A stretch of 64,000 nt of DNA from Microcoleus sp. (GTDB taxonomy: Bacteria > Cyanobacteriota > Cyanobacteriia > Cyanobacteriales > Microcoleaceae). A program made the position numbers and the translations under genes. Positions 21,036 through 32,029 of the stretch are shown piece after piece. Position 1 is the first letter of the stretch. Every line of letters starts with the position of its first letter. Location: the NCBI GenBank assembly GCA_042408215.1, contig JAYFMW010000003.1, positions 416,001 to 480,000 of the forward strand, in the 5' to 3' direction. Below the pieces are notes generated by a model, which had not been told where the DNA came from, ran no database searches, and saw only the letters and a program-made list of their open reading frames with translations.

Positions 21036-22447
21036 AAATAGCTGGTAAAAGTATAGTCATCTATTACAGTGCCGTGGGAGGCGTTGAATCCCTCCCCTTT
21101 CGCTTTCACTTCGAGCGGATTCAACCGCCTCGGCTGAACTAGGCCCACGACCTATCCCATTGCACAAGGCATTTGGGATTGCTTTTCTCAATATATTGTA
21201 AGACCCGTTAACATCAGCATTAATCAATCTACCCCTCGATGTTTTGTACAATCCTCTCTTAATTCGTTGGCCACTAAATGTGACATCCAGGGCACCAATA
21301 CTCCCGTATACAGGAATTGGATCTAAATTCAGAAAACTGGATTGAGAAGTATATGATTCTTGCTGCACCATCACTCTTATTCCGACCAATTCAGCTTTGT
21401 ATTCCAACATCTCAATTAATCGAGCATGAGGAACAGTTACGAAGTTCTGATTAGTTTTTTTTCCCAAATTAATCTCGTTTTTCCATTGTACATTTTTCCC
21501 TATTACCAGAGTCCCAATCTTTCCTGAACTTAAAAGATTGATGATAGAACGACTGGCCTGGTGTAAGTAATTATCGATTTTCTGGTTTCTACAACGAGTC
21601 AAGCGCTGAATCCTACGCGATGTTTTGCGACTCTCTTTCAATCGAGATTGTAGATGTGCTTTACGCTTATTGTAAAACTGATTAATTGATTTTAATGGTC
21701 GCCCGTTAATCAGTAAAGGGACAAATCCCGGCTGATTTGAAGTTAGCGCCACTAAATTATTCAATCCTAAATCAATACTAGCTACTAATTCTTTCTGATT
21801 TTCATCAATGGTGGACTCCGGCTCATCATAAATTACCTCGATTACATAAGAATCACATTTGGAAGTCTAACTTGACAAATTTGCTCTGGTTTTACCTGGG
21901 TCTTAATCAAGATCTTAGTCCCGGACAGATGGATAATTCCTTTCTTCAATTGCTTGCTACTAATCGCCTGAATCGTATAAACGAGAATGTTTCGCCCTTT
22001 GATTTTATCTTTGTATTTGGGTGTTTTTGGCCGTCCACTAAATTTTGTGGGTTCATTTTTGTAAGCTTTAATGGCTTCAAAAAACCCTGGCCAATTCTTG
22101 TCCAATCTCATCAATATTTGTAGACTTACTTTAGCTGGTAATGCCTTATATGCTGGATGAGATTTCATCAACTGAGCCATTTTGTTGTAATTCAGATATC
22201 CCCATCCGTATAGGAAGTTTTGGCCAATCACGTAGTTAGCAGCATTGTAAAGATTTTTAGATTGAAATGCTAATCCATCGATCGGGGCGAAACTATGTTC
22301 TGTGGATTTAATGATGTGCCTCTCTGCTAGTTGCATTCAGACTCTCCATTTTTCAACAAGCGCAATAATTCTCTCAGTTGAGCCTTCTGACTATATGATA
22401 CTACCATTGCTTACTACTGCTTACAAACTTAATAAAGTTTTATAATA
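21036..22447 (-). mobile_element. IS607-derived element with a frameshifted tnpB (21057-22336) and a tnpA 3' remnant
   Basis: GG core at both ends; paralogue of 9107-10529; frameshift at ~21860; TERIIALV-like stub before the tnpB ATG. Confidence 0.8.
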
Positions 22448-22449
22448 CC

Positions 22450-22690
22450 GGATCCCGCGACTCGAATTCGATGGTCGCGAGTAAAGCTTGAACTTCGCCA
22501 AAAACTTCGGGGTCAATCCCTCCTTCTTTCGTAAATACAGCGTCTACGATCATCACTCCGCGCAGCACCGCAATCAGAGCCGCCAGAAACACTACAACAG
22601 AGTGATATCTTGTTCGCGGAGCTTTTGCCCACTAATGCGGGGACAACAGCTCAACAACTTCCGTGCCGATCGTGGTGGTGTCCATCATCA
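22450..22690 (-). pseudogene. Degraded 5' fragment of a gene (MDTTTIGTEVVELLS..GQKLREQDIT..VFLAALIAVL.GVMIVD)
   Basis: Protein-like text across shifted frames, ending at the IS607 boundary; family uncertain. Confidence 0.3.
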
Positions 22691-22800
22691 AAAATTACTG
22701 TCGATTTGGCTGTGATACAACTTTCTTTTTCGATCTTAACTTTTTCCTGCGCGTCCTCCATTCTGCTGACCTACGTGTTATAAAACTTTATGATCTTTAA

Positions 22801-22990
22801 TGGGGAATTGGGAATTGGGCTCTAGCGTTGCTCCGGGATGGGGAATTGGGCTCTAGCGTTGCTCCGGGATGGGGAATGGGTAGCAAATAACCCATAAGCC
22901 ATAACCCATAAGCCATACAGAACTAATAACCAATAACCAATAACTAATAACTAATAACTAATAACTAATAACTAATAACTAATAACTAAT
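22801..22990. repeat. Mixed short tandem repeats (2x ~38 bp; TAACTAA/TAACCAA heptamers)
   Basis: Direct reading. Confidence 0.85.
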
Positions 22991-23477
22991 GACTAATTAT
23001 CTGATCCATAGGCAGTGGATGAATAGGGCTGTGGAACTCGCACAAGCAGCCGGGGATGCTGGTGAAGTACCCGTTGGTGCTGTGATTGTTGACGGTACCG
23101 GTAAGTTGATTGCTCAAGCGCAAAATCGGCGAGAGCGAGATTGCGATCCGACAGCCCACGCTGAAATCTTGGCTCTGCGCGCGGCTGGGCAAGTTTTGCA
23201 AGATTGGCATCTCAACCAATGCACGCTCTACGTGACCCTGGAGCCTTGCCCGATGTGTACTGGTGCTATAGTACAAGCTCGGATCGGTTTGCTGGTATAC
23301 GGAGCAGATGACCCAAAAACCGGCACGATTCGGACTGTGGCTAATATTCCAGATAGCGCCCCTTCCTGTCACCGGTTGTCTGTGCTCGGTGGCATTATGG
23401 AGTCGGTTTGCCGCCAGCAGTTGCTTTCTTGGTTTGAAGCCCGAAGGGGAGAAGGGGAGAAATCCGATCGCTGTTAG
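22989..23477 (+). CDS. tadA: tRNA-specific adenosine deaminase
   Basis: GEVPVGA, HAE, TLEPCPMC. Confidence 0.95.
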   Translation: MTNYLIHRQWMNRAVELAQAAGDAGEVPVGAVIVDGTGKLIAQAQNRRERDCDPTAHAEILALRAAGQVLQDWHLNQCTLYVTLEPCPMCTGAIVQARIGLLVYGADDPKTGTIRTVANIPDSAPSCHRLSVLGGIMESVCRQQLLSWFEARRGEGEKSDRC

Positions 23478-23539
23478 AGCCCCGAATTCTTGCAAAAGTC
23501 GGGGTTCTGGATCTTCGGTTTTTTTACCTTAAATGTGAC

Positions 23540-24943
23540 AAGAATGCTCCCGCCTGCTCGAAGAGAGGCGGTGAGATGAATTGTCGCCAATAAACAACTG
23601 CGAAGCATCTTTTGAGAATAAAATATTGCGTTGTTTTCCTGCAGGATGGTATTGTAATTTTATGATAACACTAGCCTACGAGTACAAACTAGCTCCCACA
23701 CCCGAACAGATAAAGACTTTTGACAATTGGTTAGAGGTCTGCCGCTCGGTATGGAACTTTGCGCTTAGAGAACGCAAGGATTGGGTTAACTCTAGGAAGT
23801 GCGCTCTCAAAGCTTGTAGCATTTTATCGGAATATATAATTCCAGCAGATGCTAAACGTCCTACCTATGCTGGTCAGTGCAAAGGATTAACAAGAGCCAA
23901 GCAAGAATACCCACATCTTAAAACCGTACATTCCCAAGTGTTACAGCAAGTTTTGAAACAACTTGAGACAGCATTTGTGTCAATATGGGAAAGAGGATTT
24001 GGGTTTCCTAGATTCAAGAAAAAGATGCGTTCGTTTGTGTTTCCGCAAATGAAAACAGAATATCTAGTTGGGGATGTGGTTAAACTGCCTAGCATCGGGA
24101 TGGTCCCCATCCGTTGATCTCGTCCGATACCTGTTGGATTTGTCCTGAAGCAGGCAAGGATAGTTAAACGCGCATCTCGTTATTATGTGTGCTTTCATTG
24201 CAGTGTAATGTGAATGTACCTGACGTACCTCCTCACGGAGAGCCGTTAGGAATTGACGTGGGACTGACTTATTTCGGGGCTACATCCATAGGCGAGTTGG
24301 TTGAAAGACCTCGTTTCTTTGTCGATGCTTCACGTAAGCTGAAATTGCTACAAAAACGGCTAAAACATAAGAAGAAAGGTAGTAATAACTGGCATCAGCT
24401 CAACCAAAAAATAGCGAGGCTACAGGAACACATTTCTAATTCCAGAAAAAATTGGCATTTCAAATTAAGCCATCATCTCTGTAACCAAGCAGGAATGATT
24501 TTTGCTGAACATTTGAATTTAAAAGCCATGTCTAAAGGGATGCTGTGCAAACATACCTTGGACGCTGGCTTTGGTCAGTTTCTTAAGTTCTTGAGTTGGG
24601 TGTGTTGGAAACGTGATGTATACTTGGCAAAAGTAGATTGCAGAGGTACGTCTCAAACTTGCCCTATATGTGATGCCCACACTCCCAAAGATTTAAGTGT
24701 TAGAGTACATGAATGTGCTTGTGGGTATCGAACTAATAGAGATATTGCAGCAGCTCAAGTAGTGAAAAAGCGAGGACTTTTAAACCTTAAAGCCGATGGA
24801 CAAACGGTGTTTAAAAATGTCTGTGGAGACGGTCTAACGGGGATAGAAATATCTAGTCAAGAGTCTTTGAAGCAGAAAATTCAAGCTGTGAAGTTTGGAA
24901 TCCCCCACTGTACCCGATAGGATCAGTGGTGGGAGGATGTCAA
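23540..24943 (+). mobile_element. IS200/IS605-family element with a tnpB pseudogene (23662-24920; nonsense codon at 24115 plus a frameshift at ~24189)
   Basis: TGAC before the left-end hairpin, right end GGGAGGATGTCAA; GIDVG, TSQTC, NRDIAAA. Confidence 0.85.
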
Positions 24944-25113
24944 TCGATCGCCGAAGTTTAATCGCACTTGGCTACTTAGCTGAAATAATAGATGAGTAAA
25001 TGCCCGATCGAAGGAACAGGCATTTAGTGCCTCTGATGCGCTGCTGTCGGGTTAGCTAAGGTTTTACCTGTCCGACAGGAGATCTTGCGGGGGCGATCGT
25101 TCGATTTGTATCC

Positions 25114-25375
25114 GTCAGTAACTCAGCCCGCTCCGGGACTGAGCTTGTAAGAGTAATCGCACTTCGATTTCGCGAGCGTGACCGGCTGTACTGACCAGCT
25201 ATCGTCTTAACTGACTACGTTATTTGAGTCAAGACACTGCTTGAATGCGACGCTAGTTTTGGGCTCTGTCGCTAGTGGTTAAACAGTTTTAAAGTCACGC
25301 TTTACAGTGCTGCTAGCCCAACAAGCTCTTATAACAAAGGCGCGCGCGAACATTACCCGCAAGGGATTCGGAGAC
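25114..25375 (+). ncRNA. Orphan IscB-type omegaRNA (HEARO-like) with no IscB ORF
   Basis: GTCAGTAACTCAGCC hairpin start, then ACTGACCAG, CTACGTT, GACAC..GAATGC..GCTAGT..CTCTG, GTTAAACAG..CAGTG and AACATTACCCGCAAGG in the order typical of IscB/IsrB 5' ends. Confidence 0.75.
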
Positions 25376-25604
25376 AACCCGATCTCCACTCTGGGGCAAC
25401 CATACCCCTCCACCCCCACCAGGGGGATTCACTCTTGACTGAAGTCCCCCTTAGAGTTTCCCACTCTTCGGGCTGAAGCCTCTGAGTTTCCCACTTACCG
25501 AACTTTTTTTATGACAATAGCAAAACTGTCCCGATCGACAGACTAAAGATTTGCCAAAAAGTATAACTTTAGACTCTAGACATCAATAAAGCAGCTTAAT
25601 TGCT

Positions 25605-26330
25605 ATGCGTCATACCGCCACGATCGCCATTGATTCGAGTAAATCATCTCTAGTGAAGCCAATGCCCGCCAAGGTAGCATCTAATACCTCTCTCGTTTCT
25701 CCTTGGTTAACCTCCTTACTCTATCCCCTAGGTCACTATGTTGTCCTACCGTTTTACTTTGGCCAGATAGAGATTGCCGGACAGGAGCACCTCCCGAAGG
25801 ACGGGCCTGTAATTTTAGCCCCTACGCACCGTTCCCGCTGGGATGCCCTGATGATGCCCTATTCCACAGGACAGAAGGTGACTGGACGCGATTTGCGCTT
25901 TATGGTCACTGCTGATGAGATGCAAGGACTGCAAGGTTGGTTCATCAGGCATTTGGGAGGTTTTGCTGTCGATCTCCGGCATCCCGCCATTAGCAGTCTC
26001 CGTTATGGCGTAGAATTGCTTCTTTCCAAGGAAATGTTGGTCATTTTTCCCGAAGGTGGCATTTTTCAGGATGGTGAAGTTCACCCGATTAAGCCTGGAT
26101 TGGCTCGTTTGGCAATCCAAGCGGAGTCTCTAGAACCTGGTTTGGGGGTAAAAATTGTACCGATGAGTATTCGCTACCGCCCCCGTGTTCCTCGATGGGG
26201 TTCTGATGTGAAAATTGCGATCGGTTCTCCGCTTTCGGTGGCGGATTATGCGACTGGCGGCGGGAAAAAGGAGGCGCGATTGTTGACTGCGGATTTAGAA
26301 ATTGCTCTGAAAAATCTCGATCAAAGTTAA
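25605..26330 (+). CDS. plsC: 1-acyl-sn-glycerol-3-phosphate acyltransferase
   Basis: HRSRWD (HX4D) and FPEG motifs. Confidence 0.85.
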   Translation: MRHTATIAIDSSKSSLVKPMPAKVASNTSLVSPWLTSLLYPLGHYVVLPFYFGQIEIAGQEHLPKDGPVILAPTHRSRWDALMMPYSTGQKVTGRDLRFMVTADEMQGLQGWFIRHLGGFAVDLRHPAISSLRYGVELLLSKEMLVIFPEGGIFQDGEVHPIKPGLARLAIQAESLEPGLGVKIVPMSIRYRPRVPRWGSDVKIAIGSPLSVADYATGGGKKEARLLTADLEIALKNLDQS

Positions 26331-26502
26331 TAATTGTCATCCGATTTGAGATTTGAGATTTGAGATTTGAGATTGAACCCGTCCTGAGCCAACGCAGAGC
26401 TTCGGGACTGCGAAGGAATGAATCCGGGAACCCCGGATAAAATTGCTTGATTGTCAGTTGTTAGTTGTTAGTTGTGAAGTGATATAATATTTGTGACAAC
26501 TT

Positions 26503-26913
26503 GTGAAAGTAGTGGTAAATTTTTGCTATATGATGTCAGGATTAATGGGTTTTGATTTGAACTTTAAGCCTGGTCAAATTGTCAGTTTAGAGTGTGGAGA
26601 TGCGTGTCTGCATTCCGAGGTAATTCAGGTGGTTGAGGCGCGTCAAGTTTGTTGGGTGCGCCCTTTGATGTTAGTTGTATTAGTGTCGGGGAAGGATTCA
26701 TCGGAAGAATACACTTTATCCGATTTACGAGATGGTGCTGATTTGCTTTGGCCGCTGAGTTTGTTTCGGGTGGCCTTGGATACAGAAGTAATTTCACTGT
26801 TGACTCAGTTGCAGTCTCTGGATTCTGAGAAAAAAGATGCTGTTATTGCTTCTCGGCAACTTAGGGATTTTGTCGATCGAGTTTGGGCAGCTTTTCCAAC
26901 AGCTTTTAATTAG
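26503..26913 (+). CDS. Cyanobacterial hypothetical protein
   Basis: EVIQVV..RQVCWVRPL, DLLWP..LFR.ALDTEVI; true start may be downstream. Confidence 0.7.
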   Translation: MKVVVNFCYMMSGLMGFDLNFKPGQIVSLECGDACLHSEVIQVVEARQVCWVRPLMLVVLVSGKDSSEEYTLSDLRDGADLLWPLSLFRVALDTEVISLLTQLQSLDSEKKDAVIASRQLRDFVDRVWAAFPTAFN

Positions 26914-27303
26914 TCATTAGTCATTAGTCATTAGTCATTAGTCATTAGTCATCAGTCATCAGTCATTAGTCATCAGTCATTAGTCAACAGTCATTAGTCA
27001 TCAGTCATTAGTCATTAGTCAACAGTCAACAGTCATTAGTCATCAGTCATTAGTCATCAGTCATTAGTCAACAGTCAACAGTCAACAGTCATTAGTCATC
27101 AGTCATTAGTCATCAGTCATTAGTCATCAGTCATTAGTCAACAGTCAACAGTCAACAGTCATCAGTCATTAGTCATCAGTCATTAGTCATCAGTCATTAG
27201 TCATCAGTCATTAGTCATTAGTCATCAGTCATTAGTCATCAGTCATTAGTCATCAGTCATTAGTCAACAGTCAACAGTCATCAGTCATCAGTCATCAGTC
27301 AAC
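26909..27303. repeat. ~56-unit heptamer array (TTAGTCA/TCAGTCA/ACAGTCA)
   Basis: Direct reading, between convergent genes. Confidence 0.97.
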
Positions 27304-27340
27304 AAAATAAAACAAAGCTCGCAATCACAAAAATATTAAT

Positions 27341-28105
27341 TTAAAATATCGCGTGTGAAAGTTCTTCAGGGTTGAGATTATTGTGAATAACTTGACCGTC
27401 GCGGAACCAGACAACTCGCCGAGTTTGGCGCGCTACTTCCGGTTCGTGCGTTACCATAACAACAGTCATGCCACTAGCATTGAATTCTGTAAAAATATCC
27501 ATTACTTCTTGGGTAGTTTTAGTATCTAATGCACCTGTAGGTTCGTCAGCAAGTAACAATACAGGACGGTTGACAATAGCCCGCGCGATCGCAACTCGCT
27601 GCTGCTGTCCTCCTGATAGTTGATTCGGTCTATTTTGCAGCCGACTTTCCAAGCCTACCTTCGTTAAAGCATCTACTGCCCGTTCGCGTCTTTCCGCTGC
27701 GGGAACACCGGCATAAACCATCGGCAACATCACATTTTCTAAGGCTGTCAACTGAGACAACAGGTGAAATTGCTGGAAGACAAAACCTAATTTTAAATTG
27801 CGAATTCCGGCCAATTCTGCTTCCGGCATTTGGGCGACATCTACGCCGTCTAAGTAATAGCTGCCACTCGTAGGTCGATCGAGACAACCGATAATATTCA
27901 TAGCTGTAGATTTTCCCGAACCCGATGCGCCCATAATCGCACAATATTCTCCTTGTCTTACCGTCAAGCTGACACCGTTTAAAGCGCGAACTTCCAGGTC
28001 GCCAATCCCGTAAACTTTTGTGACATCTTCGAGACCGACAATAACGGGTTTTGACAGGACTTGCTGGTCGAGGTCTTGGTAGGTATCGGTTTGTAGTTCA
28101 GGCAT
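27341..28105 (-). CDS. ABC transporter ATP-binding protein (LolD/MacB/DevA type)
   Basis: GASGSGKST, LSGGQQQR, LLADEPTGALD, VTHE. Confidence 0.93.
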   Translation of the reverse strand: MPELQTDTYQDLDQQVLSKPVIVGLEDVTKVYGIGDLEVRALNGVSLTVRQGEYCAIMGASGSGKSTAMNIIGCLDRPTSGSYYLDGVDVAQMPEAELAGIRNLKLGFVFQQFHLLSQLTALENVMLPMVYAGVPAAERRERAVDALTKVGLESRLQNRPNQLSGGQQQRVAIARAIVNRPVLLLADEPTGALDTKTTQEVMDIFTEFNASGMTVVMVTHEPEVARQTRRVVWFRDGQVIHNNLNPEELSHAIF

Positions 28106-29081
28106 TTTTTTTCTGTGCGATCGACACAACTAACTACTAACTTAACACTTCCGCACACTTTGACGGTTTGATTTAACAAAAAAGCGACCTGCAAGCGATC
28201 GCCCATCATCTCGTTACTTTAACTCATTGTACAGTTCGCGAAACACTAGATCCGCGAGCTTACGGCAACTAGCATTCCGAGCATCGGCGAGCCTGCCTCC
28301 GCGCTTTTTAGTTCCATCGCTTTCAAACGCGCGACTGACAAAATATTCGCGTAATTCCAACTGCAATACAGTGTAAGACTGTCCTTTGAGCTTCTGCGGT
28401 TCAATGCGGCAGTGCACGTAAGTCCACATCGTGCTCCTAGTGTTGGCACACCCCGTCCACTTGCTACCACCGCCACCTGCCCGGACTTGCCCGCTAGATC
28501 TCTCAACTTTGCCAAGTCCGCAAGCTTGTCGAAATCGTCGGAGCGCGCGCTTCTTCGGCAAGCACTGGAAGTCCTCGAACGGGAATATTCGAGAGAGAAT
28601 CCAGCCGCGCTCGCGGTAGCCGAATGCAAACTTTTCAAAAATTCGGTGATAAGGATCGAAGTCAGGCTCGCCAAGCAGGTCAATCAATCTGCGTTCAACT
28701 CTTGCCTCGGTATCGTGCAGGTCGCAAACCACCGCTGCGAGTTCCCGCGTCATTTCGGAGATATTTGCCCGATCGCACTTTTGCTCTTTCTCATAGTGAT
28801 TTTTGAATCGCGACAGAATGTTTTTAGACAGAAAGTTGCCGCGGTCGGCGAGCCACGCCCAAAACGCCGGCGGTTTGCCCGGTTCGAGCGAACCGTTTTG
28901 CCGCTGGCTGTTGACCGTCGCGCGCGCTGGATATTCCGCTCTATAAGACTTAGACAAAGTTAGACACCGTTAGATGTTTTTACTCTGATGCTTATTTCCT
29001 GTTTCAGCGTAGTCTCAGAATGACTTCTGAGGGTTTGTCTACTCCACAGGCAATCTCGGTAGAGCTTACCGTTTGATTCAT

Positions 29082-30209
29082 TCAATCTGAGCGAATCGGA
29101 ACGTGAATTCCTTCAAACCATCGCTCGATATTTTTAGCAGCATTCAAGTCTCTGTCTTCTGTGTGACCGCAATCAGGACACACATAAACTCGATTCTTTA
29201 ATGGCATTTTGTGGCGGTGATTTCCACAATTTGAGCAAATCTGAGAACTCGGAAAAAAGCGGTCAACTAGAATCAACTGACTAGAAAAATTTTCAGTTTT
29301 GTATTCTAGTTGTCGCTGAAATTCGTACATTCCACAATCTGCAATTGCACCCGCCAATTTGTGATTTTTCAAAAATGCTTTGACATTCAAGTCCTCAATT
29401 TTAATCACGCTGTGGTTTTTAGCGAGATAATTAGTGAGTTTGTGAATAGCATCTTTGCGGATGAATGAGATGCGAGAATGCAGCTTTGCTAACTTTCTAA
29501 CGGCTTTAGTCCGGTTCTTTGAGCCTTTAGCTTTGCGACTGACAGAACGCTGCAATCGCTTCATTTTTTTACTCATTTTGCGGTCAGCTTTAGGGTTGGC
29601 AAAAACCTTCCCGTCACTGGTAATAGCCAATTCCTTGATACCAATATCAACGCCAACAGAGGGGCGATTTAGTGGTGTTGGAGGCTGTTCAATCTCATAC
29701 TTGATAGCTATAAACCATTGCTCAGCAGTGCGACTAATTACGCAGTTATGGGTAGATGTGATAGGTAAAGGTTCGTGCAGTATAACCCAACCAATTTTAG
29801 GGAGTTTAACTCGCTTACCATCATTGCTGATACCAGGCTTGGCTTTAGTGCCTTGCTCAAGATAAAAACTGTCTTTTGACTTGCCTTTTTTCTTGAACTT
29901 AGGCTGTTTGGAGACTTTTTTGAAACATCTATCCCATGCCGTCCTTACCTCTGCTAAAGCTTGTTGTGGACTTGCTTTAGAGCTTTGATAGTACCAGGGA
30001 TTAACTGGTTTAATCTCAGCGACTAGACGTTTGTGCAAGTCAATAGCAGAGGGGATTTTGATTGCTTTGTCAGTCTCTCTAAGTTGTAAAGCTTCCTGAA
30101 TAACAGCATTGCCAAAATTGTAAGCGTGTCTGGCTACTCCACAGTGTTGACGAAATAGAGTCACCTGTTTGTTATTAGGTTTTAATTCCGTCTTAAAACT
30201 GAGTAGCAT
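29082..30209 (-). CDS. tnpB: TnpB (IS607)
   Basis: GVDIG, IEDLN, CSNC..CPDC, DRDLNAA. Confidence 0.93.
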   Translation of the reverse strand: MLLSFKTELKPNNKQVTLFRQHCGVARHAYNFGNAVIQEALQLRETDKAIKIPSAIDLHKRLVAEIKPVNPWYYQSSKASPQQALAEVRTAWDRCFKKVSKQPKFKKKGKSKDSFYLEQGTKAKPGISNDGKRVKLPKIGWVILHEPLPITSTHNCVISRTAEQWFIAIKYEIEQPPTPLNRPSVGVDIGIKELAITSDGKVFANPKADRKMSKKMKRLQRSVSRKAKGSKNRTKAVRKLAKLHSRISFIRKDAIHKLTNYLAKNHSVIKIEDLNVKAFLKNHKLAGAIADCGMYEFQRQLEYKTENFSSQLILVDRFFPSSQICSNCGNHRHKMPLKNRVYVCPDCGHTEDRDLNAAKNIERWFEGIHVPIRSD

Positions 30210-30880
30210 TATTTTACAGCCTCCACTGCTTTAGCTATACCATCAATCAGTTTTTGGTTTTTGTGGCTTCTAGCTCCGTAAAGTCTAGCGCTAAAGACTT
30301 GAATTAATTCAATCATGTCTTGAACTAATTCCTGTTCAAAACTCAACTCATCCGGTGATTTGTTGACAATTACTACCTCGCATTCAAACTCTTCACACAT
30401 CGCAAAAACCAATTCAGAACCAAATCTAAGAAGCCGATCTTTGTGAGTGATGACAAGTCTACCAACTTCACCGGACATGATTCGTTTGAGTAGTTTTGTT
30501 AGTCCCTTTTTCTTGTAATTAAGTCCAGAACCTAAGTCTTGAATTGTCTCAAATTGCCAGCCATTAGCAGCACTAAACGATTCCAAGACAGCAGCCTGAC
30601 GCTTCAAATCTTCTTTTTGGTCGTGACTAGAAACTCTGGCATAGTTGATAGTGATTCGCTCATCTGTCTGATTCAAGTCTCTGGGAATGATTCGCTTGAT
30701 ATCGGCAAGGTAGAATCGTCTTTGTCCAGTGGGAGAGCGTTCAAACCTAATCTTGTCTGCATCAGTCCAGCGTCTCAGTGTCTTTGTCGAAATACCAAGC
30801 TCTTTGGCGGCTTCTCCGATTGAAAGGGTCACTTCTGATTGAGTCTCCAAGAGTTGCTTACCTCTAATACTACAACTCAA
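30209..30880 (-). CDS. tnpA: IS607 serine transposase TnpA with a MerR-like HTH (true start probably ~30832)
   Basis: LSIGEAA..LG..TLRRW, YARVSS, DLGSG, DRLLRFG, FSARLYG. Confidence 0.93.
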   Translation of the reverse strand: MSCSIRGKQLLETQSEVTLSIGEAAKELGISTKTLRRWTDADKIRFERSPTGQRRFYLADIKRIIPRDLNQTDERITINYARVSSHDQKEDLKRQAAVLESFSAANGWQFETIQDLGSGLNYKKKGLTKLLKRIMSGEVGRLVITHKDRLLRFGSELVFAMCEEFECEVVIVNKSPDELSFEQELVQDMIELIQVFSARLYGARSHKNQKLIDGIAKAVEAVK

Positions 30881-31451
30881 TAGTTACCCAATCCGGGAAG
30901 AATGTCAATAGGTGTTTATCACAAATCTTTCAGCCCCCTACCCAAGCAAGGCGGCCTTTGATAGAATTGATGAAGCTGGTCTGCTTGCGCGTTGTGGTTT
31001 TCAAGTCCAGCAGCGCGCGGCGGATTTTCTCAATCTGGGGATTGAGCTCCTTTACCCAGAAGCGGCGATCGTACACGTCGAGGTAATGGCGGCGGTAAAG
31101 CTCGCACATCACGAGCGCATCGAACGAATCGTCCTTGTTATCAGTTCCTCCGAGGCTCCGGCGAGTAGCGCGTACCATGCCTTGATCCGCCGTCAGGACA
31201 AAAACCCCGTATCTTCGGAGATGCTTGCGCCAATAGTAAGAATAAGTCCCCGTGCCTTCTAATATTGCGACGGCGGGCGAATCTCCTACTTTTTTGAGCA
31301 AACTTTCGATTTCTGTAGTTTTGTAGACCGAGTGAACCGCGCCAAATTCAGGAGAGAGATAGAAATCTCTGAGTGCAACTGTCGGAAATTTCTCAAGCAA
31401 GACCACGTCCACGCGGTGCGCGGAAACGTCAATTCCTATTACTTTTAACAT

Positions 31452-31720
31452 CAGTCTCCAACTATTAAAACTCTTACATAACCCACGAATCACCCAAGGG
31501 TGTTAACCCATATCCGCACTGAGGCTTAGGAGTTTTTATCGCGCGGCGAGGTTGGAATTCGCCGCGCGTTTGCGATCGGTCGTTCGTTCCCAGGAAGTAT
31601 TGGGGCGATAAAATCACCCACTTCCCATCTAAAGAACTAGAACCAATGCGAGGACGCAACCCTTACCCGCTACTCCCCTTTTTTCCAGGGGAGTTTCGAC
31701 TGTTAGGGAAACAGCCATCC
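31452..31720 (-). ncRNA. Candidate bridge-RNA-like structured non-coding region upstream of the IS110 recombinase
   Basis: Four stem-loops; contains GATGGG + ATCGCCC (match the predicted target) and ATGGG + GATTC (match the predicted donor junction). Confidence 0.45.
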
Positions 31721-32029
31721 TCAGGCGGGAATCAATCCGATCGCGACTAGCGATACGTAGACATAAATTGCTTTGGTCTGTTTGGTAATTGCGCTCGGTT
31801 CTACTTCCTCGAATTTCTTAGCTCGGAGAATATCGTTGGCAATATTTACGCATTCTGCCAAGCAACAGTCAAATGATTTGTGTGAACCTAAGAAACCGCG
31901 AGATTTAGCTGACTTGATAACTGCAAAAGTTTGCTTGAATTCTTCCTCGTTGTAGCTATCTTGCCGTAAGTTTTTGGCATCGGCGAGCAAGCGAAGAACC
32001 AGGCGACTGTTTTTATTGGCAGACTCCAT
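31721..32029 (-). CDS. Hypothetical protein
   Basis: 102-aa ATG ORF co-oriented with its neighbours. Confidence 0.6.
   Translation of the reverse strand: MESANKNSRLVLRLLADAKNLRQDSYNEEEFKQTFAVIKSAKSRGFLGSHKSFDCCLAECVNIANDILRAKKFEEVEPSAITKQTKAIYVYVSLVAIGLIPA

Larger units (their letters stand above)
28938..30940 (-). mobile_element. Complete IS607-family element (serine transposase + tnpB) inserted at a GG dinucleotide
   Basis: GG core on both sides; overlapping tnpA/tnpB; right end ...GTCTAAGTCTTATAGAGC. Confidence 0.92.
28214..31451 (-). pseudogene. Atypical IS110-family (DEDD/bridge) recombinase, 410 aa when rejoined, split by an IS607
   Basis: N-part VIGIDVS, ILEGTG, KDDSFDA; C-part GLG...RSSG; deleting the IS607 plus one GG core gives an open ...RLAW-EYPA... 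frame of 1233 nt. Confidence 0.85.

Noticed and set aside
22986..23495. 169-aa minus-strand ORF
   Set aside because: Antisense shadow of tadA.
28938..30940. IS607 as an IStron (group I intron) that could splice out of the recombinase mRNA
   Set aside because: The left end is only ~60-110 bp, too short for a group I catalytic core.
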